Assembly: GCA_035938395.1 (NCBI GenBank)
Contig: DASZGY010000023.1
Coordinates: 5,340-69,339 of the forward strand
From: Acidimicrobiia bacterium
GTDB taxonomy: Bacteria; Actinomycetota; Acidimicrobiia; IMCC26256; JACDBD01
Length of the DNA stretch: 64,000 bases
Reading direction: 5' to 3'
The position numbers and the translations under genes are program-made. A model generated the notes under the pieces. It saw only the letters and a list, made by a program, of their open reading frames with translations, was not told the origin of the DNA and searched no databases. Each line of letters begins with the position of its first letter. Position 1 is the stretch's first letter. Shown in pieces: positions 18,583-26,712 of the stretch.

Positions 18583-20517
18583 ATGTCCACCCACGAGCCT
18601 CGCCCGGGCGGCTCGGACGAGCCCCGGCTGACGCCCGCCCAGATCGAGCGGCAGGACTTCCCGAAGGCCCGGAAGGGCCTCGACGAGCGGGAGGTGCGCG
18701 CTTTCCTCCGCCGCGTGGCCGACGAGTTCGACGCCATGCACCGGCGACTCGCCGACCTCGAGAGCCAGCTCCGCCACCCCCCGTTGCCGTCCCGCGACCA
18801 ACTCGTGGAGCAGGTAGGGCAGGAGGTGGCGCGCACCCTGCGTTCGGCCGAGGAGTCGGCCGAGAAGGTGGCGCAACGAGCCCGTGAAGAGGCGTCGAGG
18901 GTCGAGCGAGCCGCGCGCGAGGAATCGGCGCGCATTCGCACCGAACAGCTCGAGCAGGCGAACAAGGACTCGCGCGCGACCGTCGAGACCGCACGCGAGC
19001 GGGGTCGGGAGATGGTCGCCGAGGCCCGGGCGCTCCGCGAGCGCGTGCTCTCGGACCTGAACCGCAGACGCGACACGCTGCGCGCGTACATCGATCAGCT
19101 GCGGGAGGATCGAGATCGCTTCGCCGAGGCGTACCTCGTCGTGCGCGACACGGTGGCCGATGCGAACGAGAAGCTCTCGCGCTTCGGCGCCGGTCGTCCG
19201 TTCCCACCGGTCACCGCCGACGCCGGGCCGCCGATCTCGTATCCGCCCGACGCGGAGGCGGCACCGGACCATTCCGTGCCGCGCGGCAGTCCCGTGCCGC
19301 GCATCAGTTCCGCGCCGCGCCGTTCCGCGCCCGAACCTCCACCCTGGGTGCAACGCGAGTCGTCGAAACCCGAACGCGAGCCGCCGTCGACGCAGCCTTC
19401 GCCGCGTCCCGCGACCGGTATCGGTCTGGGCGAGCTGCCCGGCCGAGCGGAACCGGAACCATCGCCGCCACCGGCGCCATCTCCCGAACCGCAGCCCGAG
19501 GCCGCGGAAGCGGCCCCCGCGGCAACCGCCGCGCCGGAACCCGAGCCCGAACCCGAACCGGAGCCGGAACCGGAACCGGGACCCGTCGCCGAACGCGAGC
19601 CGGAACCGGCGCCCGTCGCGTCCGAGCCCGAGCCGCAACCGGCGTCCGAGCCCGACAGCGACGTCGACGCCCTCTTCGAGCGCATTCGCGGCATGCGGGG
19701 GCAAACGGTCGAGGAGCCCCGCATCGACTTCGACGACGCCGGCGCGAAGGTCGTCGGTGGCGAGGCCGATCACGAGGCGGACGTGGCGGACGGGGACGTC
19801 CTCGTCGAGTCGGCGCCCGTACCGCGCCCGGCGGCGACCGACGGCGACCCCGAGCTGCTGGCGCGGCGCGACGAGCTCCTCACCCCGATCGCCCGCGAGC
19901 TCGTCCGGCACTGCAAGCGCGTCCTGCAGAACGAGCAGAACGAGATCCTCGACGCGCTGCGGCGCCAGCGTCGCCGCCCGACCCCGGAGAAGCTCCTGCC
20001 GCCGCTCTCCCAACAGGTGACGGCCTGGTCGGAGGTGCTGGCTCCGGCGATCGTCGAGGCGTACGTCGCGGCACGCACTGCTGCCGAACCGGACGGGGGG
20101 CCCGTGAGCGACGCTCCGCAGCGGATGGTCACCGGCATGGTCGAGGTTCTCGTCACACCGTTGCGCGACCGCCTTCTCGCGGCCGTCGACGAGACGCTCG
20201 GCGACGACGCCAACCCCGACGTGATCGCCCATCGCATTGGCGCGCGCTACCGCGAATGGAAGGGAGAGGAGCTCGACAACCGCATCAGCGATCTGCTCGC
20301 CGCCGTGTACGCACGCGGTGTCTACGACGCCGCGCCGGAAGGAGCACTCCTCCGTTGGGTTCCCGCCGAGCAGGGCCAGTGCCCGGACGCCGACGACAAC
20401 GCGCTCGAGCCCACACGGCGCGGGGAGGGCTTCCCGACCGGTCAGCCCTTCCCGCCTGCGCATCCCGGTTGCCGGTGCCTGCTCGCAGTCGTGGACGAAC
20501 CGCGCGGCTCCGCGTGA
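18583..20517 (+). CDS. DivIVA-domain protein with coiled coil, Pro/Glu-rich linker and phage Mu F / SPP1 gp7-like C-terminal region
   Basis: DivIVA N-terminus [34 protein letters not shown], then a long charged helical region and [15 protein letters not shown]. The C-terminal end [19 protein letters not shown]...[12 protein letters not shown] resembles the pP.HpnCRC end of Mu F-like head-morphogenesis domains. TTG 18574 is an alternative start. Confidence 0.8.
   Translation: MSTHEPRPGGSDEPRLTPAQIERQDFPKARKGLDEREVRAFLRRVADEFDAMHRRLADLESQLRHPPLPSRDQLVEQVGQEVARTLRSAEESAEKVAQRAREEASRVERAAREESARIRTEQLEQANKDSRATVETARERGREMVAEARALRERVLSDLNRRRDTLRAYIDQLREDRDRFAEAYLVVRDTVADANEKLSRFGAGRPFPPVTADAGPPISYPPDAEAAPDHSVPRGSPVPRISSAPRRSAPEPPPWVQRESSKPEREPPSTQPSPRPATGIGLGELPGRAEPEPSPPPAPSPEPQPEAAEAAPAATAAPEPEPEPEPEPEPEPGPVAEREPEPAPVASEPEPQPASEPDSDVDALFERIRGMRGQTVEEPRIDFDDAGAKVVGGEADHEADVADGDVLVESAPVPRPAATDGDPELLARRDELLTPIARELVRHCKRVLQNEQNEILDALRRQRRRPTPEKLLPPLSQQVTAWSEVLAPAIVEAYVAARTAAEPDGGPVSDAPQRMVTGMVEVLVTPLRDRLLAAVDETLGDDANPDVIAHRIGARYREWKGEELDNRISDLLAAVYARGVYDAAPEGALLRWVPAEQGQCPDADDNALEPTRRGEGFPTGQPFPPAHPGCRCLLAVVDEPRGSA
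19534..19578 (+). repeat. (CCN-GAR)7 hexanucleotide tandem repeat encoding (PE)7 inside the DivIVA gene
   Basis: ccg gaa ccc gag ccc gaa ccc gaa ccg gag ccg gaa ccg gaa ccg, in frame with the CDS. Confidence 0.9.
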
Positions 20518-20572
20518 GCGCTTGACCGCGCGACCAAGAAGCTCGATACCCCGGCAGTAGGCTTCGCCACCG

Positions 20573-23533
20573 ATGCGGGTGCCTACAGCACAAGGTCGCC
20601 GGCGCGGCCTTCGCGTGCGCGGGTGGATCATCGCCGGTGTCATCCTGCTGGTGATCCTCCTGTTCAGCTTGCGGGGGCTGGCGGGCTTCTACACCGATTT
20701 CCTGTGGTTCGATTCCGTCGGCCAGGGCGGCACCTGGCGAGAGCTGCTCTCGGCCAAGGTCGTGCCGGCGCTCGTCTTCACGGTCGTGTTCTTCGTGATC
20801 ATGCTGACGAGCCTGCTGATCGCAGATCGCCTCGCCCCGAAGTACCGGTCCATGGGGCCCGAGGACGAGCTCGTCGAGCGGTACCAGAACTTCGTGTCGG
20901 ACTACCAGGGCCGCATCCGCATCGGCGTCGCCCTGTTCTTCGCGTTGATCGCGGGCGTAGGCGTCTCCTCGCAATGGCAGGAGTGGGTGCTCTTCACGCA
21001 CCGGGTCGACTTCGGCGTCAAGGACCCGCAGTTCAACAAGGACATCGGCTTCTACGTCTTCCAGCTCCCGTTCCTGCGCTTCATCGCCAACTGGCTCTTC
21101 GCCGGCCTCGTGATCGTGCTGCTCGTGACGGCCGTCGCGCACTACCTCAACGGCGGCATCCGCTTCCAGAGCCCGTTCCAGCGGGTGACGCCACAGGTCA
21201 AGGCGCACCTCTCCGTGATCCTCGCCGTCATGGCGCTCGTCAAGACGGCGCAGTACTACCTCGACCGCTTCAACCTCGACTTCTCGCAACGCGGTGTCGT
21301 CACCGGGGCCAGCTACACGGACGTGAAAGCCCAGCTCCCGGCGCTGAACCTGTTGATCTTCATCTCGATCGTCGCCGCCGGGTTGTTCATCTGGAACATC
21401 TGGCGGCGGGGCTGGGTGCTCCCGATCATCGCGGTCGGGCTCTGGGGGTTCGTCTCGATCGTGATCGGCACCATCTATCCCGCCGGGGTCCAGAAGTTTC
21501 GGGTGGAGCCCAACGAGTTCCAGAACGAGCAGCGCTACATCGAGCGCAACATCGCGTCGACGCGGAACGCGTTCGGGCTCGCCTCCGTCAAGGACCAGCC
21601 CTTCGACTATCAGCAGAACCTCGACGCCTCGGTCGTCAACCAGAACAGGCCATCCATCGACAACGCGCGCCTGTGGGATCCGAACGTCATCCAGTCGACG
21701 TACCAGTCGCTCCAGGGCCTCCAGACCTTCTACAAGGTCGACAACGTCGACGTTGACCGCTACACCGTCGGCGACCAGACCCAACAGGTCGTGCTCTCGG
21801 CGCGCGAGATCAGCCAGGGTGAGCTTCCGAGCCAGTCGTGGGTGAACCAGCACCTCGTGTACACACACGGTTACGGGATCATCGCTTCGCCGACGAACGT
21901 CTCCGCCCAGGACGGGAACCCCGACTTCCTCCTCAGCGGGATTCCCGTCCCCAAGGACGCCCCGATCACCCTCAACCAGCCCGGCTTGTATTTCGGCGAG
22001 CACCAACCCGGCTACGCGCTCGTGGACGCCAAGCAACAAGAGTTCGACTACTCGCGGCCCGGTCGAGCCGACGCGACAACGCGCTACAAGGGCAAGGACG
22101 GCGTCAAGCTCGACAACCCGATCCGCCGGGCCGCGTTCGCGCTGCGTTTCGGCGACATCAACCCGCTCATCTCGGGGCAGGTCGGTGGCGGCACGAAGGT
22201 GCTGTACGTCCGCGACATCAAGGATCGCGTGACCAAGCTCGCCCCGTTCCTGAACTTCGATGCGGATCCGTACCCGGTCGTGAGCGGCGGGCGCGTGACG
22301 TGGGTGCTCGACGCGTACACAACGACGAGTCGTTATCCGTACTCGCAGATGACGTCGGGACCGAGCGACTCGGGTCTCAGCCACAACTTCAACTACGTCC
22401 GCAACTCGGTGAAGGCGACGGTCGACGCCTACGACGGCACGGTGAAGTTCTACGTGATCGACCCCAAGGACCCACTGATCCGGTCGTACCGGAAGGCGTT
22501 CCCCGACCTGTTCACCGACTTCAGCAAGATGCCGAAGGACCTTCAGGCGCACCTGCGCTACCCCGAGGACCTGTTCCGGGTGCAGTCGGACATCTACTCC
22601 CGCTACCACGTCACCGAGAGCCGGCGCTTCTACCAGGGGAGCGCAAAGTGGCTCCTGTCCCCCGACCCCGGCTCGGGCCCGCTGACGGCGGCACAGCTGC
22701 AGGCGGTTGCTCCGACCCCGGACTCGACGACCGGCAGGGGGAGGGGCGGCGCGACCTCGACCAGCGAGCGAATGCGGCCCTACTACCTCTACATCAACCA
22801 GCCGGGAGAGCAGCAGCCGAGCTTCATCATCCTCCAGCCGTTCGTGCCGGTGTCGGCCGGGAACAAACAGACGCGCCTGGTTTCGTTCATGACCGCGAGC
22901 TCGGATCCGAGGAACTACGGCCAACTGTCGGCATTCGAGATGCCGCAAGGGGAGTCCGTTCTGGGACCGGTGCAGATCGACAACCGGATCAAGAGCACGC
23001 CGGCCGTTTCCCAACAGCTCACGCTGCTGAACCAGCAGGGCTCGACCGTGATCCAGGGGAGCCTGCAGCTCATCCCCGTCGGCAACTCGATTCTCTACAT
23101 TCGCCCCTTCTACGTGCAGGCGGCCGGAGCATCGAGCTATCCGCAGTTCCGCTTCGTCGTCGTCGCGTATGCCGGGCAAGACCCCGTCCTCGCCTCGACG
23201 GTCAACGACGGCCTCGCGCAACTGTTCGGCCAGCCACCGACGCAACCACTGCCCGGTGGTGGCGCGGCGCCGGCGGCGCCGGCGACCCCGCCCGCGGGCG
23301 GCAACGTGCAGGACCTACTGAACCAGGCCGCCGCGAAATACCAGCAGGCCCAGGATGCGTTGCGTGGGGGCGATCTCGGTACCTATCAGCAATTGATCAA
23401 TCAGGTCGGCGACCTCCTCAACCAGGCTCGCCAGGCGGCCGGCGGGACGAGCGGCGGCGCGTCGACCCCGACCCCGACGACGACCGCACCCGCTCGTCAG
23501 ACTGCTGCCAAGGGCGGTGCCGCCGAGCCCTGA
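20573..23533 (+). CDS. UPF0182 family large membrane protein
   Basis: 986 aa. The N-terminal multi-TM region with FYTDFLWFDSVG, and later YVRNSVKATVDAYDG and LRYPEDLFRVQ, are characteristic of UPF0182 (the family of the mycobacterial Rv3193c-like proteins). Confidence 0.9.
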   Translation: MRVPTAQGRRRGLRVRGWIIAGVILLVILLFSLRGLAGFYTDFLWFDSVGQGGTWRELLSAKVVPALVFTVVFFVIMLTSLLIADRLAPKYRSMGPEDELVERYQNFVSDYQGRIRIGVALFFALIAGVGVSSQWQEWVLFTHRVDFGVKDPQFNKDIGFYVFQLPFLRFIANWLFAGLVIVLLVTAVAHYLNGGIRFQSPFQRVTPQVKAHLSVILAVMALVKTAQYYLDRFNLDFSQRGVVTGASYTDVKAQLPALNLLIFISIVAAGLFIWNIWRRGWVLPIIAVGLWGFVSIVIGTIYPAGVQKFRVEPNEFQNEQRYIERNIASTRNAFGLASVKDQPFDYQQNLDASVVNQNRPSIDNARLWDPNVIQSTYQSLQGLQTFYKVDNVDVDRYTVGDQTQQVVLSAREISQGELPSQSWVNQHLVYTHGYGIIASPTNVSAQDGNPDFLLSGIPVPKDAPITLNQPGLYFGEHQPGYALVDAKQQEFDYSRPGRADATTRYKGKDGVKLDNPIRRAAFALRFGDINPLISGQVGGGTKVLYVRDIKDRVTKLAPFLNFDADPYPVVSGGRVTWVLDAYTTTSRYPYSQMTSGPSDSGLSHNFNYVRNSVKATVDAYDGTVKFYVIDPKDPLIRSYRKAFPDLFTDFSKMPKDLQAHLRYPEDLFRVQSDIYSRYHVTESRRFYQGSAKWLLSPDPGSGPLTAAQLQAVAPTPDSTTGRGRGGATSTSERMRPYYLYINQPGEQQPSFIILQPFVPVSAGNKQTRLVSFMTASSDPRNYGQLSAFEMPQGESVLGPVQIDNRIKSTPAVSQQLTLLNQQGSTVIQGSLQLIPVGNSILYIRPFYVQAAGASSYPQFRFVVVAYAGQDPVLASTVNDGLAQLFGQPPTQPLPGGGAAPAAPATPPAGGNVQDLLNQAAAKYQQAQDALRGGDLGTYQQLINQVGDLLNQARQAAGGTSGGASTPTPTTTAPARQTAAKGGAAEP

Positions 23534-23550
23534 CCGGGCGGCAGGGGCGG

Positions 23551-23621
23551 GGAATCGAGCGGAATCGGGGGGGATTGTTCGGATGGCCCCCGGATTGTTA
23601 CTATCTACGTAGTGGAAATCC
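23551..23621. promoter_or_regulatory. sufB upstream control region: phased GGAWT repeats, CTACGTAG palindrome and the ACGTAGTGGAAATC box
   Basis: GGAATCG at 23551 and 23561. GGATTGTT at 23572 and 23592. GGATGG at 23581. CTACGTAG at 23605-23612. The box is at 23607-23620, and the same 14-mer recurs at 35568-35581. Confidence 0.6.
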
Positions 23622-23689
23622 CCGGAACCCCTGTCCCCCGGGGCGTTTCGGAGTCTGAGACCGCCACCCGGTAGCGGAGGCGAGGGCGT

Positions 23690-25099
23690 ATGGCTGTCAG
23701 CGGAATCGATCTCGGCAAGTACAAGCTCGGCTGGGCCGACAGCACGGACGACTACGCCTACATCCCGAAGAAGGGCCTGAACGAGGAGATCGTCCGCGAG
23801 ATCTCCGGGCAGAAGTCCGAGCCCGACTGGATGCGGGACTTCCGGCTGAAGTCGCTGAAGCGGTTCGAGCGCAAGCCGATGCTCGACTGGTTCGCCAAGA
23901 ACATGCCGACCATCGACTTCGACGACATCTACTACTACCTGAAGCCGACCGACAAGGGAGAGGTCGCCGACAGCTGGGACATGCTCCCCGAGTCGATGAA
24001 GGCCACGTACGAGAAGCTCGGCATCCCCGAGGCGGAGCGGAAGTATCTCGCGGGCGTCACGGCGCAGTTCGAGAGCGAGACCGTCTACCACAAGAACCGT
24101 GACGAGCTGGCCAAGCAGGGTGTCCTGTTCACCGACATGGACACCGCAGTGCGCGAGTACCCCGAGATCGTGCGCGAGCACTTCGCCACGGTCATCCCCC
24201 CGGGTGACAACAAGTTCGCCGCGCTCAACTCGACCGTGTGGTCGGGCGGCTCGTTCATCTACGTGCCGCCGGGCGTGCACGTCGAGATGCCGCTGCAGGC
24301 GTACTTCCGCATCAACGCCGAGAACGCGGGCCAGTTCGAGCGGACGCTGATCATCGCCGACGAGGGCGCTTCGGTGCACTACGTCGAGGGGTGCTCGGCG
24401 CCGATCTACACGGGCGACTCGCTGCACTCGGCCGTGGTGGAGCTCGTCGCCAAGCCCGGCGCGCGCATCCGGTACACGACCATCCAGAACTGGTCGCCGA
24501 ACGTCTACAACCTGGTCACGAAGCGGGCGAAGGCCGAGCGTGAGGCGACCGTCGAGTGGATCGACGGCAACATCGGTTCGAAGTTGACGATGAAGTACCC
24601 GTCGGTCGTGATGACGGGGCCGAAGGCCCACGGCGAGGTGCTGTCGGTGGCGTACGCCGGCGAAGGCATGCACCAGGACGCCGGCGCCAAGATGACCCAC
24701 GTCGCGCCCGACACCACGTCCATCATCGAGTCGAAGTCGATCTCGAAGGACGGCGGGCGCACGACCTACCGCGGCCTGGTGAAGGTCGAGGAGGGCGCGC
24801 ACAACGTGAAGAGCCACGTGCGCTGCGACGCGCTGATCCTCGACGAGGACAGCCGGTCCGACACCTACCCGTACATGGAGATCGAGGAGAAGGACGCCCG
24901 CATCGGGCACGAGGCCACGGTCTCGAAGGTCGGTGAGGACCAGATCTTCTACCTGATGAGCCGCGGGCTCAGCGAGCAGCAGGCGACGGCGATGATCGTG
25001 AACGGCTTCATCGAGCCGATCGTGAAGACGCTGCCGATGGAGTACGCCGTCGAGCTGAGCCGCCTGATCGAGCTCAACATGGAAGGAGCGGTTGGCTAA
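23690..25099 (+). CDS. sufB: Fe-S cluster assembly protein SufB
   Basis: 469 aa with typical SufB sequence throughout (FRLKSLKRFERKPM, SGGSFIYVPPGV, GCSAPIY, HEATVSKV..DQIFYLMSRGL). GGAGG lies 9 nt upstream of the ATG. Confidence 0.97.
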   Translation: MAVSGIDLGKYKLGWADSTDDYAYIPKKGLNEEIVREISGQKSEPDWMRDFRLKSLKRFERKPMLDWFAKNMPTIDFDDIYYYLKPTDKGEVADSWDMLPESMKATYEKLGIPEAERKYLAGVTAQFESETVYHKNRDELAKQGVLFTDMDTAVREYPEIVREHFATVIPPGDNKFAALNSTVWSGGSFIYVPPGVHVEMPLQAYFRINAENAGQFERTLIIADEGASVHYVEGCSAPIYTGDSLHSAVVELVAKPGARIRYTTIQNWSPNVYNLVTKRAKAEREATVEWIDGNIGSKLTMKYPSVVMTGPKAHGEVLSVAYAGEGMHQDAGAKMTHVAPDTTSIIESKSISKDGGRTTYRGLVKVEEGAHNVKSHVRCDALILDEDSRSDTYPYMEIEEKDARIGHEATVSKVGEDQIFYLMSRGLSEQQATAMIVNGFIEPIVKTLPMEYAVELSRLIELNMEGAVG

Positions 25100-25106
25100 C
25101 CGCTCC

Positions 25107-26405
25107 ATGACTGCGTTCACGCCTGAAGCCGCACGTGCGCTCGGCGGGCCGGACTGGCTCGTCGAGCGTCGTCTTGCTGCGGCCGAGCAGCTCGACGGGA
25201 TCACCTGGCCCACCGACGCCGAGGAGATCTGGCGCTACAGCCGGATCGGCGAGCTCGATCTCGATCGCTTCCGTCCGCCGTCGCGCGACGAGCTGGGCGA
25301 GCCCGGGCCGGAGCCGGCGCCGGGCGGCGGGCCGGTCGCGGCCGAGGCAGGCGAGCGCGCCGGCCTGGTGGTCGTGCGCAACGGGCGGGTCGTGCACCAC
25401 GAGCTCGACGACACGCTCGTCGCCAAGGGCGTCCTCGTCTGCGGCCTCGCCACGTGCGAGGAGGCCGACGTCGCGGCGGTGCTGGGGACGTGCTCGCAGG
25501 CTTCGCCCGACGCGTTCACCGTGCTGCACGACGCGTTCCTCGCCGGAGGCGCGTTCATCAAGGTCCCCGCCGGCGTCGTCGTCGACAAGCCGATCATCGT
25601 GCTGCACTGGTCCGAGGGCGAGGGCCTGGCGACGTTCCCGCACACGTTGGTCGCGGCCGAGGAGAGCTCCGAGGTCACCGTTGTCGACCGCTTCGGCTCA
25701 CCGGAGGTCGGCGGCGCCGGTCATCTCGTCGACGCCGTGGTCGAGCTCCTGGTCGGCGACAACGCCCGGCTCCGGTACCTGTCGGTCCAGGAACACGGGC
25801 CGCACACGTGGCAGGTCGCGCTGCAGCGCGCCCACGTCGGAAGAGACGCCTCCCTGCATTCGTCGGCCGTGGCGCTGGGCGGTGACTACGCGCGGCTGCG
25901 TAGCGAGTCGCTGCTCGCGGGCGACAACTCAGAGAGCGATCTCATGGCCGTCTACTTCGGCGACCATACGCAGATGCTCGACTTCCGCACCCTCCAGGAC
26001 CACGACGCCGCCGGCACGCGCAGTGACCTCCTGTTCAAGGGCGCGGTCGAGGATCAGGCCCATTCCGTCTACTCGGGCCTCATCCGGCTCCGTCCCAGCG
26101 CCCGGAAGGCCAACGCGAGCCAGACCAACCGCAACCTCGTGCTCACCGAGGGCGCGGGGGCCGAGTCGATCCCGAACCTCGAGATCGAGGCCAACGACGT
26201 GAGGTGCTCGCACGCGAGCGCCGTCGGCCCCATCGACGAGGACCAGCTCTACTACCTCGAGAGCCGCGGCGTGCCGCCGGCGGAGGCGGAGCGCCTGATC
26301 GTGCTCGGGTTCTTCGACGACGTGCTCGACCGGCTGCCGATCCCGACGCTCGCGCGCGCGCTCCGTCGCACCGTGGTCGAGAAGGTGGAGCACCGGCGTG
26401 GGTGA
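25107..26405 (+). CDS. sufD: Fe-S cluster assembly protein SufD
   Basis: Family features FKGAV.D.A.SVYSGLIRL, NRNLVLTEGA and IPNLEIEANDVRCSHASAVGPIDEDQLYYLESRG. ATG 25107 is used; the ORF track uses TTG 25092. Confidence 0.9.
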   Translation: MTAFTPEAARALGGPDWLVERRLAAAEQLDGITWPTDAEEIWRYSRIGELDLDRFRPPSRDELGEPGPEPAPGGGPVAAEAGERAGLVVVRNGRVVHHELDDTLVAKGVLVCGLATCEEADVAAVLGTCSQASPDAFTVLHDAFLAGGAFIKVPAGVVVDKPIIVLHWSEGEGLATFPHTLVAAEESSEVTVVDRFGSPEVGGAGHLVDAVVELLVGDNARLRYLSVQEHGPHTWQVALQRAHVGRDASLHSSAVALGGDYARLRSESLLAGDNSESDLMAVYFGDHTQMLDFRTLQDHDAAGTRSDLLFKGAVEDQAHSVYSGLIRLRPSARKANASQTNRNLVLTEGAGAESIPNLEIEANDVRCSHASAVGPIDEDQLYYLESRGVPPAEAERLIVLGFFDDVLDRLPIPTLARALRRTVVEKVEHRRG

Positions 26406-26712
26406 CCTCCGGGTGTGCTCGGTGAAGGACGTCGAAGCGGGCTCGGCCAAGCGGTTCGACGTCGACGGTCTGCGCCTGTGCGTGGTGCGCATCGGCGACG
26501 ACTTCTACGTCGTCGACGACACGTGCTCGCACGCCGACTACTCGCTGGCGGAGGGCGACGTGTGGGAGGACGAGCGCGAGATCGAGTGCCCGAAGCACGG
26601 CTCGACGTTCTCGCTCGAGACCGGGGAACCGGCCACCCTGCCTGCCACGCAGCCGGTGCGGGTGTACGACGTCAACATCGACGGCGACGACGTGGTGGTG
26701 ACGAACGCGTGA
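26398..26712 (+). CDS. Rieske [2Fe-2S] ferredoxin-like protein of the suf operon
   Basis: 104 aa with CSHADYSL ... CPKHGSTF, the Rieske CxH...CxxH ligands. It overlaps the sufD stop, and its own stop overlaps the sufC start. Confidence 0.9.
   Translation: MGDLRVCSVKDVEAGSAKRFDVDGLRLCVVRIGDDFYVVDDTCSHADYSLAEGDVWEDEREIECPKHGSTFSLETGEPATLPATQPVRVYDVNIDGDDVVVTNA

Noticed and set aside
19190-19660. Short-period repeats as a CRISPR array or minisatellite.
   Set aside because: The repeats are 6-nt, in frame and inside a well-supported CDS (the PE/PA-rich linker). There is no repeat-spacer structure.
18583-20517. A Mu F-like domain as evidence of a prophage or mobile element.
   Set aside because: No terminase, portal, capsid, integrase or att-like repeats are nearby. 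The flanking genes are conserved chromosomal genes, and the domain is fused to a cellular DivIVA scaffold.
20521-20538. Possible third copy of the TTGACCG palindrome (CTTGACCG-CG-CGACCAAG) upstream of the UPF0182 gene.
   Set aside because: The left arm is identical, but the right arm has two central mismatches (GACC instead of GGTC). The inverted symmetry is therefore broken, and it may simply be a TTGACC -35 element. It is kept only as a weak candidate.
20285-23245. A 986-aa ORF antisense to the UPF0182 gene. Similar very long alternative-frame or antisense ORFs occur at 51328..54249, 18559..20643, 14586..15602 (upstream part), 28320..30668 (upstream part), the N-terminal ~750 codons of 60215..63577, the N-terminal ~570 codons of 1727..5605, and 240..2903 beyond 1730.
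   Set aside because: Their translations are Arg/Gly/Pro/Ala-rich low-complexity strings with no recognisable motifs. They mirror well-supported genes on the other strand or frame. Long spurious ORFs are expected when stop codons are rare in very GC-rich DNA.
23607-23620. The shared 14-mer ACGTAGTGGAAATC as a chance repeat.
   Set aside because: This was considered, because exact 14-mers can recur by chance in 64 kb. It was rejected as the sole explanation for three reasons: both copies are intergenic, both are AT-rich against a GC-rich background, and both are embedded in ~38 nt of collinear similarity next to suf genes. Formal statistics would need a genome-wide k-mer background.
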